Origin: Candidatus Heimdallarchaeota archaeon
GTDB lineage: Archaea > Asgardarchaeota > Heimdallarchaeia > Heimdallarchaeales > Kariarchaeaceae
NCBI GenBank assembly: GCA_015523565.1
Contig: WAKA01000044.1
Location: 1 to 35,641, forward strand
Length of the DNA stretch: 35,641 bases
Direction of reading: 5' to 3'
Shown here: positions 1-9,361 of the stretch, in pieces
Position numbering within the stretch: the first letter of the stretch is position 1
Layout of the letters: the number at the start of each line of letters is the position of its first letter
Translations under genes and position numbers: made by a program
The notes under the pieces: model-generated
Told to the model about the DNA's origin: nothing
What the model saw: only the letters and a program-made list of their open reading frames with translations
Database searches by the model: none

Positions 1-636
1 ATGTTGGGGCCTGGCATGTACAAGCGAACGTCAGATGGGGTGAACATCATTGGTGAGCTAAATGGAGAAATCACTCCTCGAATAAATGAATTGAAAACAC
101 TGATGTCATATAACTCAAAAACAAGGATCACTGACAATATTGTGGGTGTTAAATGGTCAAAGCTTGCCATCAATTCCTCGATAAATTCTGTGGGGGTTAT
201 TACTGGTGAGGTTCTTGGGGTAACCCTCTCCGTAAAAAGAGCAAGGGAGATCTTCTTGAGGGTCTATTCAGAAGTCATTGACTTGGCAAATGCCCAAGGC
301 ATCAGACCTGAAAAAGTGGTGACAAATCCCTATCTGCTTTATATTCCCAAAGATTCCAGCAGATTCAAGCGATTCATTAAAGACAGGTTGGTCATGATTG
401 TCGGTCGCAAATATGGTGACATAAAATCAAGTAGCCTTCAAAGCCTAGAGCGGGGAAGAAAGACAGAGATTGAATTCCTGAACGGTTATGTTTCAAGAAA
501 AGCGGCTGATATCGGTTTTGAAGTGCCTGCAAACAAGGCCATCTACAAAATGGTTCGGGAAATTGAAGATGGAACTCGAAAACTGGGGATGGAAAATATT
601 GACGAATTGTACATGCAACTCCAAAATTCCCTCTGA
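1..636 (+). CDS. panE: 2-dehydropantoate 2-reductase (ApbA/PanE family), C-terminal part; 5' end probably outside the window
   Basis: ApbA_C motifs KWSKLAINSSIN and SSLQSLERGRKTEIEFLNG. The N-terminal GxGxxG Rossmann domain is absent, so the gene is truncated at the window edge. Confidence 0.85.
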   Translation: MLGPGMYKRTSDGVNIIGELNGEITPRINELKTLMSYNSKTRITDNIVGVKWSKLAINSSINSVGVITGEVLGVTLSVKRAREIFLRVYSEVIDLANAQGIRPEKVVTNPYLLYIPKDSSRFKRFIKDRLVMIVGRKYGDIKSSSLQSLERGRKTEIEFLNGYVSRKAADIGFEVPANKAIYKMVREIEDGTRKLGMENIDELYMQLQNSL

Positions 637-679
637 TGAAAATACTACTAGTATTATGACCCCCTTTCTTGCCTTTAAA

Positions 680-1162
680 TCACTCAATTTGTATTTCTGT
701 CCATCCTTCTTCCACAATGATCTCATTGGCTCTTTTCTGTAATTCCCTGAGCCTTCCGCTCATCTGGGCCGTGATTGTTTCCGCCTCTTTGAGCAAGTCC
801 TTTGCTTTTATTGGATCTATTGCCAACGTGCTTTCAACAATTGTCTCAAAATATTTTGCGACTGCCTTCAATTGCATGGCAATTTCTGGAAATCTTGCCC
901 GCAAAAACGATGTTCCCTTTGCAGTTCTCATCACTGCCATTTTTTTGCCTAAACGATCCCTGATAAGCAATCCTGTATGCTCCAATCTTCTAATCACAGG
1001 GTAGACTGTTCCTCGCTCTGGTGTCCAATAAATTGTAGATGATTTTAGTTGATCGATCAATGTGGAAACAGGCATAAGCTGATTGTCAGGGACTGTAACC
1101 AATACCAATAGCTCCACAGACGAAAGGGGCTTGTCTTCAAATTTCAAAATGCCTATCCACAT
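680..1162 (-). CDS. PadR-like winged-helix transcriptional regulator
   Basis: W-x-P-x-x-GTVYPVIRRLEHTGLL recognition helix, wing, T-x-KG, followed by C-terminal helices. Confidence 0.8.
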   Translation of the reverse strand: MWIGILKFEDKPLSSVELLVLVTVPDNQLMPVSTLIDQLKSSTIYWTPERGTVYPVIRRLEHTGLLIRDRLGKKMAVMRTAKGTSFLRARFPEIAMQLKAVAKYFETIVESTLAIDPIKAKDLLKEAETITAQMSGRLRELQKRANEIIVEEGWTEIQIE

Positions 1163-1231
1163 GTTGTGAACTCCATACTCCCAATATGTTCATTGCTGAA
1201 AAATGTTGCAATCATACCGGGGTCTTCTGCA

Positions 1232-1705
1232 TCACTCTATGTTGATTTCTTCCACTCCTTCGACTGGTGCCTCCAACAGGAGTATACCTTCCTCATATTT
1301 TGCCTTGACTGTTGCAGGATCGATTTTTTCAATTAGGTTGACCTTCAGGGAGTATTCTCTTTCTCCTAAGACGTCCTCAAATCTTTTGCTGCCAGTCGCA
1401 TCCAGAATGAGTGAATCTGATTTCGCCCTTAATTTCAAGGTTTCCTTGTCAATTCCTGGCAAAATTATGGCTACTTTCAATGTATCTCCCACAACTTTTT
1501 GGAAGACACTGTCTAAGGGGTCGTGTTTTGCAAATCGATGTTTCATTTGGCCTGGGGCACAGCATCCTTTCCCCATTTTGAATACAAATGGGGGTGGTCC
1601 AAAGTGCTTTCCATGTCTGCCGTGTCCTCTTCTAAACATGAACACTCTTGGGTTTTCATCCATGACAACTTCTTCTTCAATATTTTCATTCGTGTCTTTG
1701 TTCAT
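1232..1705 (-). CDS. Small heat-shock protein (Hsp20/alpha-crystallin domain)
   Basis: LPGIDKETLKL...IDPATVKAKYEEGILLLEAP alpha-crystallin signature. Start moved to ATG 1705 because a GAGGTGA SD lies at 1717-1711 (ORF track uses GTG 1714). Confidence 0.85.
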   Translation of the reverse strand: MNKDTNENIEEEVVMDENPRVFMFRRGHGRHGKHFGPPPFVFKMGKGCCAPGQMKHRFAKHDPLDSVFQKVVGDTLKVAIILPGIDKETLKLRAKSDSLILDATGSKRFEDVLGEREYSLKVNLIEKIDPATVKAKYEEGILLLEAPVEGVEEINIE

Positions 1706-1750
1706 TTTTTTCACCTCGTGTGTAGTCTTATCCTATGTGACAACTAATGT

Positions 1751-1768
1751 TTGTAAGATGTCTTACAA
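1751..1768. promoter_or_regulatory. Palindromic operator-like site TTGTAAGA-TG-TCTTACAA
   Basis: Perfect 8-bp inverted arms with a 2-bp spacer in the hsp20/ubiE divergent intergenic region; a second copy is at 1909-1926. Confidence 0.6.
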
Positions 1769-1908
1769 CTGCTATTTTGTTGTCAATATATGTTATAATT
1801 CTATCATATTTAAATTTTATGATTATGTTTGATATCATACATTATTTCACATACGAAAATAACTCCATTATTCTGATCTGTGATGTGTTTTATTATTAAT
1901 TTCGTTTT

Positions 1909-1926
1909 CTATAAGATATCTTACAA
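1909..1926. promoter_or_regulatory. Second operator-like copy CTATAAGA-TA-TCTTACAA
   Basis: 15/18 identity to the 1751-1768 palindrome; lies upstream of ubiE/menG. Confidence 0.55.
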
Positions 1927-1989
1927 ATTATTCCTATTCTGGGTGAATTTAACTTGAAGTTATTAAGCCATGAATTTACTGGAATATTA

Positions 1990-2691
1990 GTGACTCTTGA
2001 CAAATCTCCTGAAAAAATTGCGGATATGTTTGACAAGGTGGCAATCCGCTATGACCTATTGAATGATTTGATGACTGGGTTCAGTCACAGGAGGACAAGA
2101 AAATTGGCTGTTGCACTCTCTAAGTTCCATGATGGTCAAGCGGCAATTGACTTAGCGACTGGAACGGGCGATTTCGCTTTTCTTTTGGCAAGAAAAGCCC
2201 CAAACGGGAAAATAATTGGTGTTGACATCTCAAGGAAAATGCTTGCTGGGGCTAGATATCGATTATCAAAACTTGCCTTCCAGAATGTGGATTTCCAATA
2301 TGGGAACATCTATGATTTGCCATTTGACGATGATACATTTGATGTTGCCACCATCGGATATGGAATCCGTAATGTCCCAGATCCTGTCACTGCAATGCGT
2401 GAGGTTCGTCGGGTGACAAAAAAAGGGGGTCGTTTTCTAATAGTGGAAGCCACTCCGCCTTTATCGAAATATGCACGTTTCATTGCAAACTTCCATTTTT
2501 CAAGGCTAGTTCCTTTTGTTGCAAAGTTCCTGTCACCTGGCGGTGATGCCTACCACTATTTTGCCAAAAGTGTTGAGCAATTTCCCCCTGCCCCCAAATT
2601 TGCAAAAATGATCGCAAAAGCGGGGTGGAGTGAAGTATACTATCATCCTATGTATTTTGGGACAGTAACTGTTTTCTTGGCAATCTGTTAA
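1990..2691 (+). CDS. menG: Demethylmenaquinone/ubiquinone methyltransferase (UbiE/MenG)
   Basis: MFDKVAIRYDLLNDLMT, SAM motif DLATGTGD, IGYGIRNV, Y-x-Y-x-x-x-S-x-x-x-FP. Likely start GTG 1990 (ORF track starts at 1954). Confidence 0.88.
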   Translation: MTLDKSPEKIADMFDKVAIRYDLLNDLMTGFSHRRTRKLAVALSKFHDGQAAIDLATGTGDFAFLLARKAPNGKIIGVDISRKMLAGARYRLSKLAFQNVDFQYGNIYDLPFDDDTFDVATIGYGIRNVPDPVTAMREVRRVTKKGGRFLIVEATPPLSKYARFIANFHFSRLVPFVAKFLSPGGDAYHYFAKSVEQFPPAPKFAKMIAKAGWSEVYYHPMYFGTVTVFLAIC

Positions 2692-4064
2692 TCCATCATT
2701 TCAAACATGGCGTCTCCCAACATTTGGTCGGTATCCTTCCCAAATAGTTTCTGCCTATCTCCTGCCTCCCCTGTTTTGACGTTGAACAGGAACACGATGG
2801 CCAACACTAGTGACCCCAATGAAAAATAGAACAAGTTTGTGGCAGAGATGTCCATTAAAGCCCCTGAAATGGTCGGCCCAAGAATTGCGGCCATTGAGGA
2901 AAATGCATAATAGACTCCTGTTCCCGACCCGTTATCATTTGCATGTTCCCATACAACTACTATGCTGTTCACATTGATCAATCCCCAACCCATTGCGGCA
3001 ATGGCAAATAAAATCTTGAAACTTGTTCTCCAACCTATTGGGATGCCCATCCATCGTTCATTCTCTACAAAAAGGGCACTTGCAAGAATCAGGAGGAACA
3101 ACGTCAGACCGATTTTCATGGTTTTTATGCGACCCAATTTTGTCCCGACAATCCCTCCCACAACAGTAAACACCACAAAAACCACGGGGAAAATGAAAAG
3201 TATCTGTCCACTTTCTCCAATGGCAAGGTTTGACAGTTCTGAGGCGCTTTTGTTTGGGAACTCCTTTGCCAAATAGACCTTCCATACGTATGTTGAAAAG
3301 AATGCTTCAATTGCATTCCAAGCCATAAACCACGAAAAGATCGCCAATAACATGAAGAGCATTGATTTGTCTTTGGCATTGATCATGTCTCTGACCTGTA
3401 TTTTCAATATTTCAAAACTGGTGTGCTCGTCTTCACCCTCTACCACAAAATCCATGGGTTCACGGATTGCCAACACAAGGATGACCAAAGAAATTACCAT
3501 GACGACAGACATCAACCCAAATGCTTCTGTGTCTTTTCCCTGTTTAAACAGTCCCCCTCCCACAAAAAGGGCGAATGCACCGAATATGCCTCCCATCAGG
3601 TTGACGATTCCGTTACCTATGCTCCTATCCTTGCTTTCCACAAGGTCTGGCATCAAGCTGACGGAAGGTGATCTATATAATGCCATTGAAAAGTTGAACA
3701 ACACGATTGTCCCTAAAAACACAAAGATTGGGAATTCTTTGGCAAAGGGGATGAGGTAAAAGAAAACAGCCGCCAACAAAATGCCGACTATAATGTATGG
3801 CATTCTCCTTCCAAATCTTGTCCTTGTCCTGTCGCTTAGGGATCCAATATAGGGTTGGAAAAAGAAAGCGATTATGTTGTCCCAAGTCATGATGAAGCCT
3901 GTTATGCCAAGGGACATGCCATAAACATCTTGGAGATAGACTGGAATGGCATTGTTGAAGATTGTCCATGTCAGTGCCGTGGTTGCAAACCCTAACGCAA
4001 TTATCGGAACCATGTACAGCGGGGCTGACCGCGTTTGCATGTCTGCTGTGGTGGTTGTCATCAT
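2688..4064 (-). CDS. MFS transporter (GPH/maltose-sucrose type)
   Basis: About 12 hydrophobic segments; QPYIGSLSDRTRTRFGRRMPY motif A variant; LMPDLV. Confidence 0.88.
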   Translation of the reverse strand: MMTTTTADMQTRSAPLYMVPIIALGFATTALTWTIFNNAIPVYLQDVYGMSLGITGFIMTWDNIIAFFFQPYIGSLSDRTRTRFGRRMPYIIVGILLAAVFFYLIPFAKEFPIFVFLGTIVLFNFSMALYRSPSVSLMPDLVESKDRSIGNGIVNLMGGIFGAFALFVGGGLFKQGKDTEAFGLMSVVMVISLVILVLAIREPMDFVVEGEDEHTSFEILKIQVRDMINAKDKSMLFMLLAIFSWFMAWNAIEAFFSTYVWKVYLAKEFPNKSASELSNLAIGESGQILFIFPVVFVVFTVVGGIVGTKLGRIKTMKIGLTLFLLILASALFVENERWMGIPIGWRTSFKILFAIAAMGWGLINVNSIVVVWEHANDNGSGTGVYYAFSSMAAILGPTISGALMDISATNLFYFSLGSLVLAIVFLFNVKTGEAGDRQKLFGKDTDQMLGDAMFEMMD

Positions 4065-4116
4065 GCATTCTCAGATGGTTTCTTATTTAAGGAGAAAGGG
4101 GAAAAAGAAATCAATT

Positions 4117-4986
4117 TTACAAGATTTTTCCACTTTTTGAATTGTATTGTCGCTGTATCTTGATCGCTTCAGAAATGGGTGAAATATTGTCCAATCTCGA
4201 AAAGAAGTGTTCAAGTCTCTTTTTGATTTCTGAAATCTTCCGTTCATCATTGATCTTTCTTGACCCAATATGATAGGCAATGTGCCATGGATGGATTGCA
4301 AACACTGTAAATGGTATTTGTGGATTGGCGGATTGTCCCTTCAATAAATCAAGATATTCTTCAACCTCACGATTTCCCTCAAGAAGCTGCCAAAGGTATG
4401 TGGAGATCGGTTTGTTGTTTTTGTCCCTTCCTGTGGTCAATGGGACTTCTGGAATGGTTAGCCCTTGCATGTTCTCTATTTGCAAAGTTCTTGCATTTTT
4501 AATCGTGATTGATGAATCGTAACTGAATTTCTGGGAAATTATATTGGCAAGGTTATTGTCAAAATTCAGGTACGGGGCACGAAACCCGGTAGGTCTCCCT
4601 ATGTATTGTTTCATGATCTCAACTGCCTTGTCCAATGTTTGTGAAATTTTGTCCTTTGTTGGGACAATTCCTGTGCCCTTTCCCGTAAAATCTTCATGGG
4701 CATATCCATGGTTCCCTAAATCGTGCTTTTTCATACGCTTGATGATGGTTTGGTCTAAACGTTTGATTGCCGGAAGGATTGAAGCCTCAATAAATAATGT
4801 TGCCTTGATGTCAAATTTTTCGAACAAATCCAACAGGATTCGCATTCCCTTAACAGTTGCCTTAACAGCGGGTTCCGCAGGTGTATCCTCAGTAACTGCT
4901 GATTTTGCTTCCATCCTTCCTGCAACCGCTATCGGATAATCTCGGTCAACATCAACAGAGATGATTGTAAAATGCTCGTTGTCCAC
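4117..4986 (-). CDS. Polysaccharide deacetylase family protein (NodB/CE4 fold)
   Basis: SVDVD, KATLF, HGYAH metal motif, GFRAPYL, YDSS, HPWH. Confidence 0.85.
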   Translation of the reverse strand: MDNEHFTIISVDVDRDYPIAVAGRMEAKSAVTEDTPAEPAVKATVKGMRILLDLFEKFDIKATLFIEASILPAIKRLDQTIIKRMKKHDLGNHGYAHEDFTGKGTGIVPTKDKISQTLDKAVEIMKQYIGRPTGFRAPYLNFDNNLANIISQKFSYDSSITIKNARTLQIENMQGLTIPEVPLTTGRDKNNKPISTYLWQLLEGNREVEEYLDLLKGQSANPQIPFTVFAIHPWHIAYHIGSRKINDERKISEIKKRLEHFFSRLDNISPISEAIKIQRQYNSKSGKIL

Positions 4987-5042
4987 AATCTGATCTGAAT
5001 TGGGGGGATTAATAATTTCCGACGGCGCTCAACACATTTGGT

Positions 5043-5131
5043 TTTACAATAAATTGTAAATTTTGTCGGAATTTATGGTTTGAATTTAGGAAATTCTTAT
5101 TGCACTGTTCGTTTTTTACATATTTTTGTAA
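5043..5131. promoter_or_regulatory. Two TTACA-N6-TGTAA palindromes upstream of the purine operon
   Basis: TTTACAAT-AA-ATTGTAAA at 5043-5060 and TTACA-TATTTT-TGTAA at 5116-5131, 72 bp apart. Confidence 0.45.
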
Positions 5132-5204
5132 TTTTTTGTGAAATTAAGGTAATGCTAATAAATCATCGTGGGATGTTTGCATTAACATTTAAAAAAGTGA
5201 TACC

Positions 5205-6179
5205 ATGGTTGGCGCAAGTGAAAGCATATATGAAGGAAAAGTGAAATCTGTTGAGGATTTGGGAGATGGAACTGCAATAATGCATTTCCGGAATGACATC
5301 ACTGCGGGGGATGGGGTGAAACATGAAATGCTCGAAGGGAAAGGTGCAATAAATTGTAAAACAACTGCAATGATCTTTGAAAAACTGGAGGCTGCTGGAA
5401 TCCCCACTCATTTCATCAAACAGTTGGATTCCAACAAACTTTTGGTCAAATCCCTGAAAATATTGCCTGTAGAAGTTGTTGTCCGTAATATCGCAGCAGG
5501 TAGCTTTTGCAGGAGATATGGCGTTCAACAGGGAACCACATTCGACAAACCATTAGTTGAGTTCTTTTTGAAGGATGATGCCTTGCATGATCCATTGATC
5601 ATGAAATCGACGATTTTGAATTTAGGGCTTGCATCAAAGTTGGAGATCTCATGGATGGAATCTTTTGCTTTAAGGGTGAACGAGGTCTTACGTGATTTTT
5701 TCAGGAAGGCAGGGATGCTTCTTGTTGATTTCAAAATAGAGATTGGAAAGGACTTTGAGGGGAATCTCTTTGTCGCGGATGAGATTTCGGGTGACTCAAT
5801 GCGTGTTTGGGATGTCGAAACCCTTGAAATCCTTGATAAAGACCGATTCAGAAAGGATCTTGGAAATGTAATTGAAAGCTATACGGAAATATATGACCGG
5901 CTAAATAACGTTGTATTTAATCCCTCTTCTCAACCAATGGCTCTCCAAATTGAAATCATGCCTAAAGCAGATGTCCCCAATCCTGCAGGAGATGTCGTCA
6001 AAAGAGCCATTGTCAATATGGGATTGACTGCCACTGAAGCTGTTTCTGTTGGTAAATCGATCTTAATTACCTTGACCAATGAAATGGCGGAGAAAAACTG
6101 GCTAAAAAAGGTCAATGAGATCTGTAAAAATTTTCTTGCCAATCCATTGATAGAGGACTTCTCCATTGAGGTGCAATGA
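5205..6179 (+). CDS. purC: SAICAR synthetase PurC fused to a C-terminal PurS (FGAM synthase subunit)
   Basis: YEGKVK, PVEVVVRNIAAGS, KDDALHDP, LVDFKIEIG, ADEISGDSMR, DKDRFR (PurC). From aa ~245 (nt 5937): PNPAG...VGK...FLANPLIEDF (PurS), with no stop between the two parts. Confidence 0.92.
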   Translation: MVGASESIYEGKVKSVEDLGDGTAIMHFRNDITAGDGVKHEMLEGKGAINCKTTAMIFEKLEAAGIPTHFIKQLDSNKLLVKSLKILPVEVVVRNIAAGSFCRRYGVQQGTTFDKPLVEFFLKDDALHDPLIMKSTILNLGLASKLEISWMESFALRVNEVLRDFFRKAGMLLVDFKIEIGKDFEGNLFVADEISGDSMRVWDVETLEILDKDRFRKDLGNVIESYTEIYDRLNNVVFNPSSQPMALQIEIMPKADVPNPAGDVVKRAIVNMGLTATEAVSVGKSILITLTNEMAEKNWLKKVNEICKNFLANPLIEDFSIEVQ

Positions 6180-6180
6180 T

Positions 6181-6858
6181 TTGAAAATTGGTGTTGTTCG
6201 ATTTCCTGGGACAAACAACGAGCATGAGACGATAAGGGCTTTGGCATCGTTTGATGGTGTCACTCCTGTTTTAATTGACGTATGGAATCATGAACTGGTT
6301 AATCAAGTTGATGGGCTTTACCTTCCTGGGGGCTTTAGCTATGGTGATTTCTTGAGGGCTGGTGCCATTGCCGCCACAACGGAAACTATGCAGTTAATAA
6401 AGGAAAAAGCAAAGGAGGGAACCCCCATCCTTTCAATATGCAATGGCTTCCAAGTGACCACTGAGTCTTCCCTGTTGGAAGGGGTTCTTCTTCCCAATAA
6501 TACCACGAGGTTCGTATGCAAATTCATCCATTTGAGGATCGAAACAAACGATTCATACCTTTCTGGCTTGGAGGGGCAGGTGTTGAAATTACCCATTGCC
6601 CATTTTGAAGGGAATTTGTGGCATCCCTCTTCCAATGAACTGGAGAAGTATGCAGTTGCAAGGTATTCGGATGAAAAAGGGGATGTATTGCCACAATCAA
6701 ACCCCAATGGCTCTCTAGGGAATATTGCAGGGATCTCAAACGAGACCGGGGTTATTGTTGGGATGATGCCGCATCCCGAAAGAGCTGTTTTTCCTTATCA
6801 GGGATCCACTGATGGCAGATTGATCATTAATTCATTTTTGGAGGCCGTGAAATGCTAA
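6181..6858 (+). CDS. purQ: FGAM synthase glutaminase subunit PurQ
   Basis: FPGTN, PGGFSYGDFLRAG, ICNGFQ catalytic Cys, AHFEG, NPNGS, GMMPHPER. Start TTG 6181 follows a GAGGTG SD (ORF track starts at 6166). Confidence 0.95.
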   Translation: MKIGVVRFPGTNNEHETIRALASFDGVTPVLIDVWNHELVNQVDGLYLPGGFSYGDFLRAGAIAATTETMQLIKEKAKEGTPILSICNGFQVTTESSLLEGVLLPNNTTRFVCKFIHLRIETNDSYLSGLEGQVLKLPIAHFEGNLWHPSSNELEKYAVARYSDEKGDVLPQSNPNGSLGNIAGISNETGVIVGMMPHPERAVFPYQGSTDGRLIINSFLEAVKC

Positions 6859-8972
6859 CTGAACAAGAAATGGCGAAAATAAGGAAGACTTTGGGACGGG
6901 ATGGAACAGTTGCGGAATATGCAGTTTTCGATGCACTTTGGAGTGAGCACTGTTCATATAAGTCAAGTAAACGATGGTTCCACCTTTTCAATACCAAGAA
7001 TGAGCGAATTGCTCTTGGAATTGGTGAGGGGGCTGGACTGATTGATGTGGGGGATGGGCTTCTTGTGGGTCTGGGTTTGGAAAGCCATAACCATCCATCT
7101 GCTGTTGACCCATTCAATGGTGCCGCAACTGGTGTTGGAGGGATTGTCAGGGATATTTTAAGCCAAGGATGTAAACCTATTGCAATATTGGACTGTCTGA
7201 GATTTGGAATGCCTACATCCCATCGACAAAAATTTCTACTGGATCAGGTTGTATTGGGAATCTCATCATACGGCAATTGCATTGGTGTACCCAATTTGGG
7301 TGGGGATATCGAGTTTTCAAAGGAATTTGAAACAAACCCGCTGGTAAATGCGATGTGTGTCGGAATTGTTGAAAAGGGCAAGGTAATCCGTTCAATTGCC
7401 AAGAACCCTGGTGACTTATTATTCCTTTTCGGTTCAAAGACTGGTCTGGATGGGATTGGGGGTGTTACCTTTGCATCTGAAATCCTTGAAGAGGAACCCA
7501 ACTCTGAAAAACGGGGGTCTGTTCAAATTGGGGATCCCTTGACAGAAAAACTGCTAATTGATGCAGTTCTGGAGTTGCGAGACAAACAGCTTATTTCTGG
7601 TCTACAAGACCTTGGTGGCGGTGGTCTTGCATGTGCCGCCGCAGAAATGGCGGAAAAAGGAAAAACGGGTGTTGAACTGGATCTCAACAAGGTTCCCCTA
7701 AAGGTCAAGGGGATGAAAGGGTGGGAAATCCTGATTTCTGAATCACAAGAGCGGATGCTTGCTGTCGTCCCTCCTGAACATATTGATGAGGTTCAATCGG
7801 TCATCGAAAAATATGCCCTTGCCAATGCAATTGTGGGAAAAGTGACTGATACTGGCATGTTTCGTGCTTGGCATAATGATGAGTTAATTGCCGACATTCC
7901 CGTTGATTTCACAGTTAATGGTTTTCCTGAACCAGAAAGAACGATAGGCAAGCTCCAAACAAGGAAAACATTTGAAAAACATGTCATACTGGATGTCAGG
8001 GATGTCTTGCTTAATTTGTCTTCGAATCCTGACTTGGCACTAAAAACAGGTGTATTCCAACAATATGACCAACACGTTCAAGGAAATACAATCGTCTCCC
8101 CTGGAACTGGAGCCACTTCCTTGATGTTGCCAAATGGCAAAAGCCTTGTCTTGGCGGCTGGAACCAATTCATATCTTGTTGGACTAAATCCGAGAGTGGG
8201 TACAGAGTTGGCAACCTTGGAAATCGTGAGGAAGGTTTGGGCAAGAAAAGGAGAACCTCTTGCCATGGTTGATTCCCTGAATTTTGGAAATCCTGAAAAG
8301 ACTGAATCCTACACTGAATTTGTTGAATCCATAAGGGGACTTGGGAATTTGTCTCATAAGCTTGACATTCCTGTTGTTGGGGGTAATGTCTCTCTCTATA
8401 ATGAAACAGACAGTACAAAAATCCTTCCCTCCCCTTTTGTGGGGATTGTTGGACTTAATTCTGGGGAACCCTATCGCCCCATTGTGGAAGTTGGTGATGT
8501 TTTCTACCTAATCGGCTCACGGCACGGGCATCTTTATGGCTCACAGTTGCTTCGATATTATGGCATCGGTGAAGAAACCCCTCCACAAATTGATTATGCC
8601 GAGGAAAAAAGAATTGGAAATTTCCTTATATCCCTTGACTCCATTAAATCATCATATCATATTGGACGTGGGGGTCTGCTACTTACCTTATCAAAAATTC
8701 TTGTCACTGAGAGTGTTGGCATAACTTGTGAAGACAACATCGATTTTACGAATCTGCATTTTTCATTTGGTGAACATGCACCAAGATATCTCGTGGGGGT
8801 ATCTGAAAATAACCAAAGGACATTTGAGAAACATTTGGAAATGAACAATATTCAACATTTAAAATTGGGGGTGATTGGTGGAAGTCAAATCAAGGCAAAA
8901 GGGCTTGCCATTCAAATGGGTGAAATAAAAGAACGTCTCTCAAAACCAATAATGGAGGCATTGATGATATGA
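6852..8972 (+). CDS. purL: FGAM synthase subunit PurL (small type)
   Basis: [48 protein letters not shown]. Confidence 0.96.
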   Translation: MLTEQEMAKIRKTLGRDGTVAEYAVFDALWSEHCSYKSSKRWFHLFNTKNERIALGIGEGAGLIDVGDGLLVGLGLESHNHPSAVDPFNGAATGVGGIVRDILSQGCKPIAILDCLRFGMPTSHRQKFLLDQVVLGISSYGNCIGVPNLGGDIEFSKEFETNPLVNAMCVGIVEKGKVIRSIAKNPGDLLFLFGSKTGLDGIGGVTFASEILEEEPNSEKRGSVQIGDPLTEKLLIDAVLELRDKQLISGLQDLGGGGLACAAAEMAEKGKTGVELDLNKVPLKVKGMKGWEILISESQERMLAVVPPEHIDEVQSVIEKYALANAIVGKVTDTGMFRAWHNDELIADIPVDFTVNGFPEPERTIGKLQTRKTFEKHVILDVRDVLLNLSSNPDLALKTGVFQQYDQHVQGNTIVSPGTGATSLMLPNGKSLVLAAGTNSYLVGLNPRVGTELATLEIVRKVWARKGEPLAMVDSLNFGNPEKTESYTEFVESIRGLGNLSHKLDIPVVGGNVSLYNETDSTKILPSPFVGIVGLNSGEPYRPIVEVGDVFYLIGSRHGHLYGSQLLRYYGIGEETPPQIDYAEEKRIGNFLISLDSIKSSYHIGRGGLLLTLSKILVTESVGITCEDNIDFTNLHFSFGEHAPRYLVGVSENNQRTFEKHLEMNNIQHLKLGVIGGSQIKAKGLAIQMGEIKERLSKPIMEALMI

Positions 8973-9361
8973 TTTGCATCATTTCTGGTTCAAAAAGCGA
9001 TAATCACATTGTCGAAAAAGCTACAAAAGTATTGGATGAATTCGGGGTGAAATATGAAACATTTGTTGCATCTGCCCATCGTACTCCCGATTTATTGGAT
9101 CAAATAGTCAAGGAGCAGGTCGAGAACGGTGTAAAGGTGTTTATCTGTATTGCAGGGCTTTCTGCTGCATTGCCTGGTGTTGTTGCTTCAAAAGTGAATC
9201 TTCCTGTGATTGGAGTCCCCGTATCTTCCGCATTGATGGGGCTTGACGCACTGCTTTCAATAGCACAAATGCCCAAAGGTGTTCCTGTGGCAACTGTTGG
9301 AATTGACAATGGGGCAAATGCCGCTCATCTTGCCTTGAGAATCTTGGAGGTCAAAAAATGA
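8969..9361 (+). CDS. purE: PurE (AIR carboxylase / N5-CAIR mutase family)
   Basis: [35 protein letters not shown]. Confidence 0.93.
   Translation: MICIISGSKSDNHIVEKATKVLDEFGVKYETFVASAHRTPDLLDQIVKEQVENGVKVFICIAGLSAALPGVVASKVNLPVIGVPVSSALMGLDALLSIAQMPKGVPVATVGIDNGANAAHLALRILEVKK

Noticed and set aside
1-636. panE as a pseudogene
   Set aside because: The missing N-terminus coincides with the window edge, and there are no internal stops or frameshifts.
1203-1832. 209-aa plus-strand ORF
   Set aside because: Antisense shadow of hsp20 running into AT-rich promoter DNA; no recognisable motifs.
4987-5204. Purine or ZTP riboswitch upstream of purC
   Set aside because: No recognisable aptamer consensus; the region is very AT-rich with only an imperfect hairpin. 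An Rfam scan would settle it.
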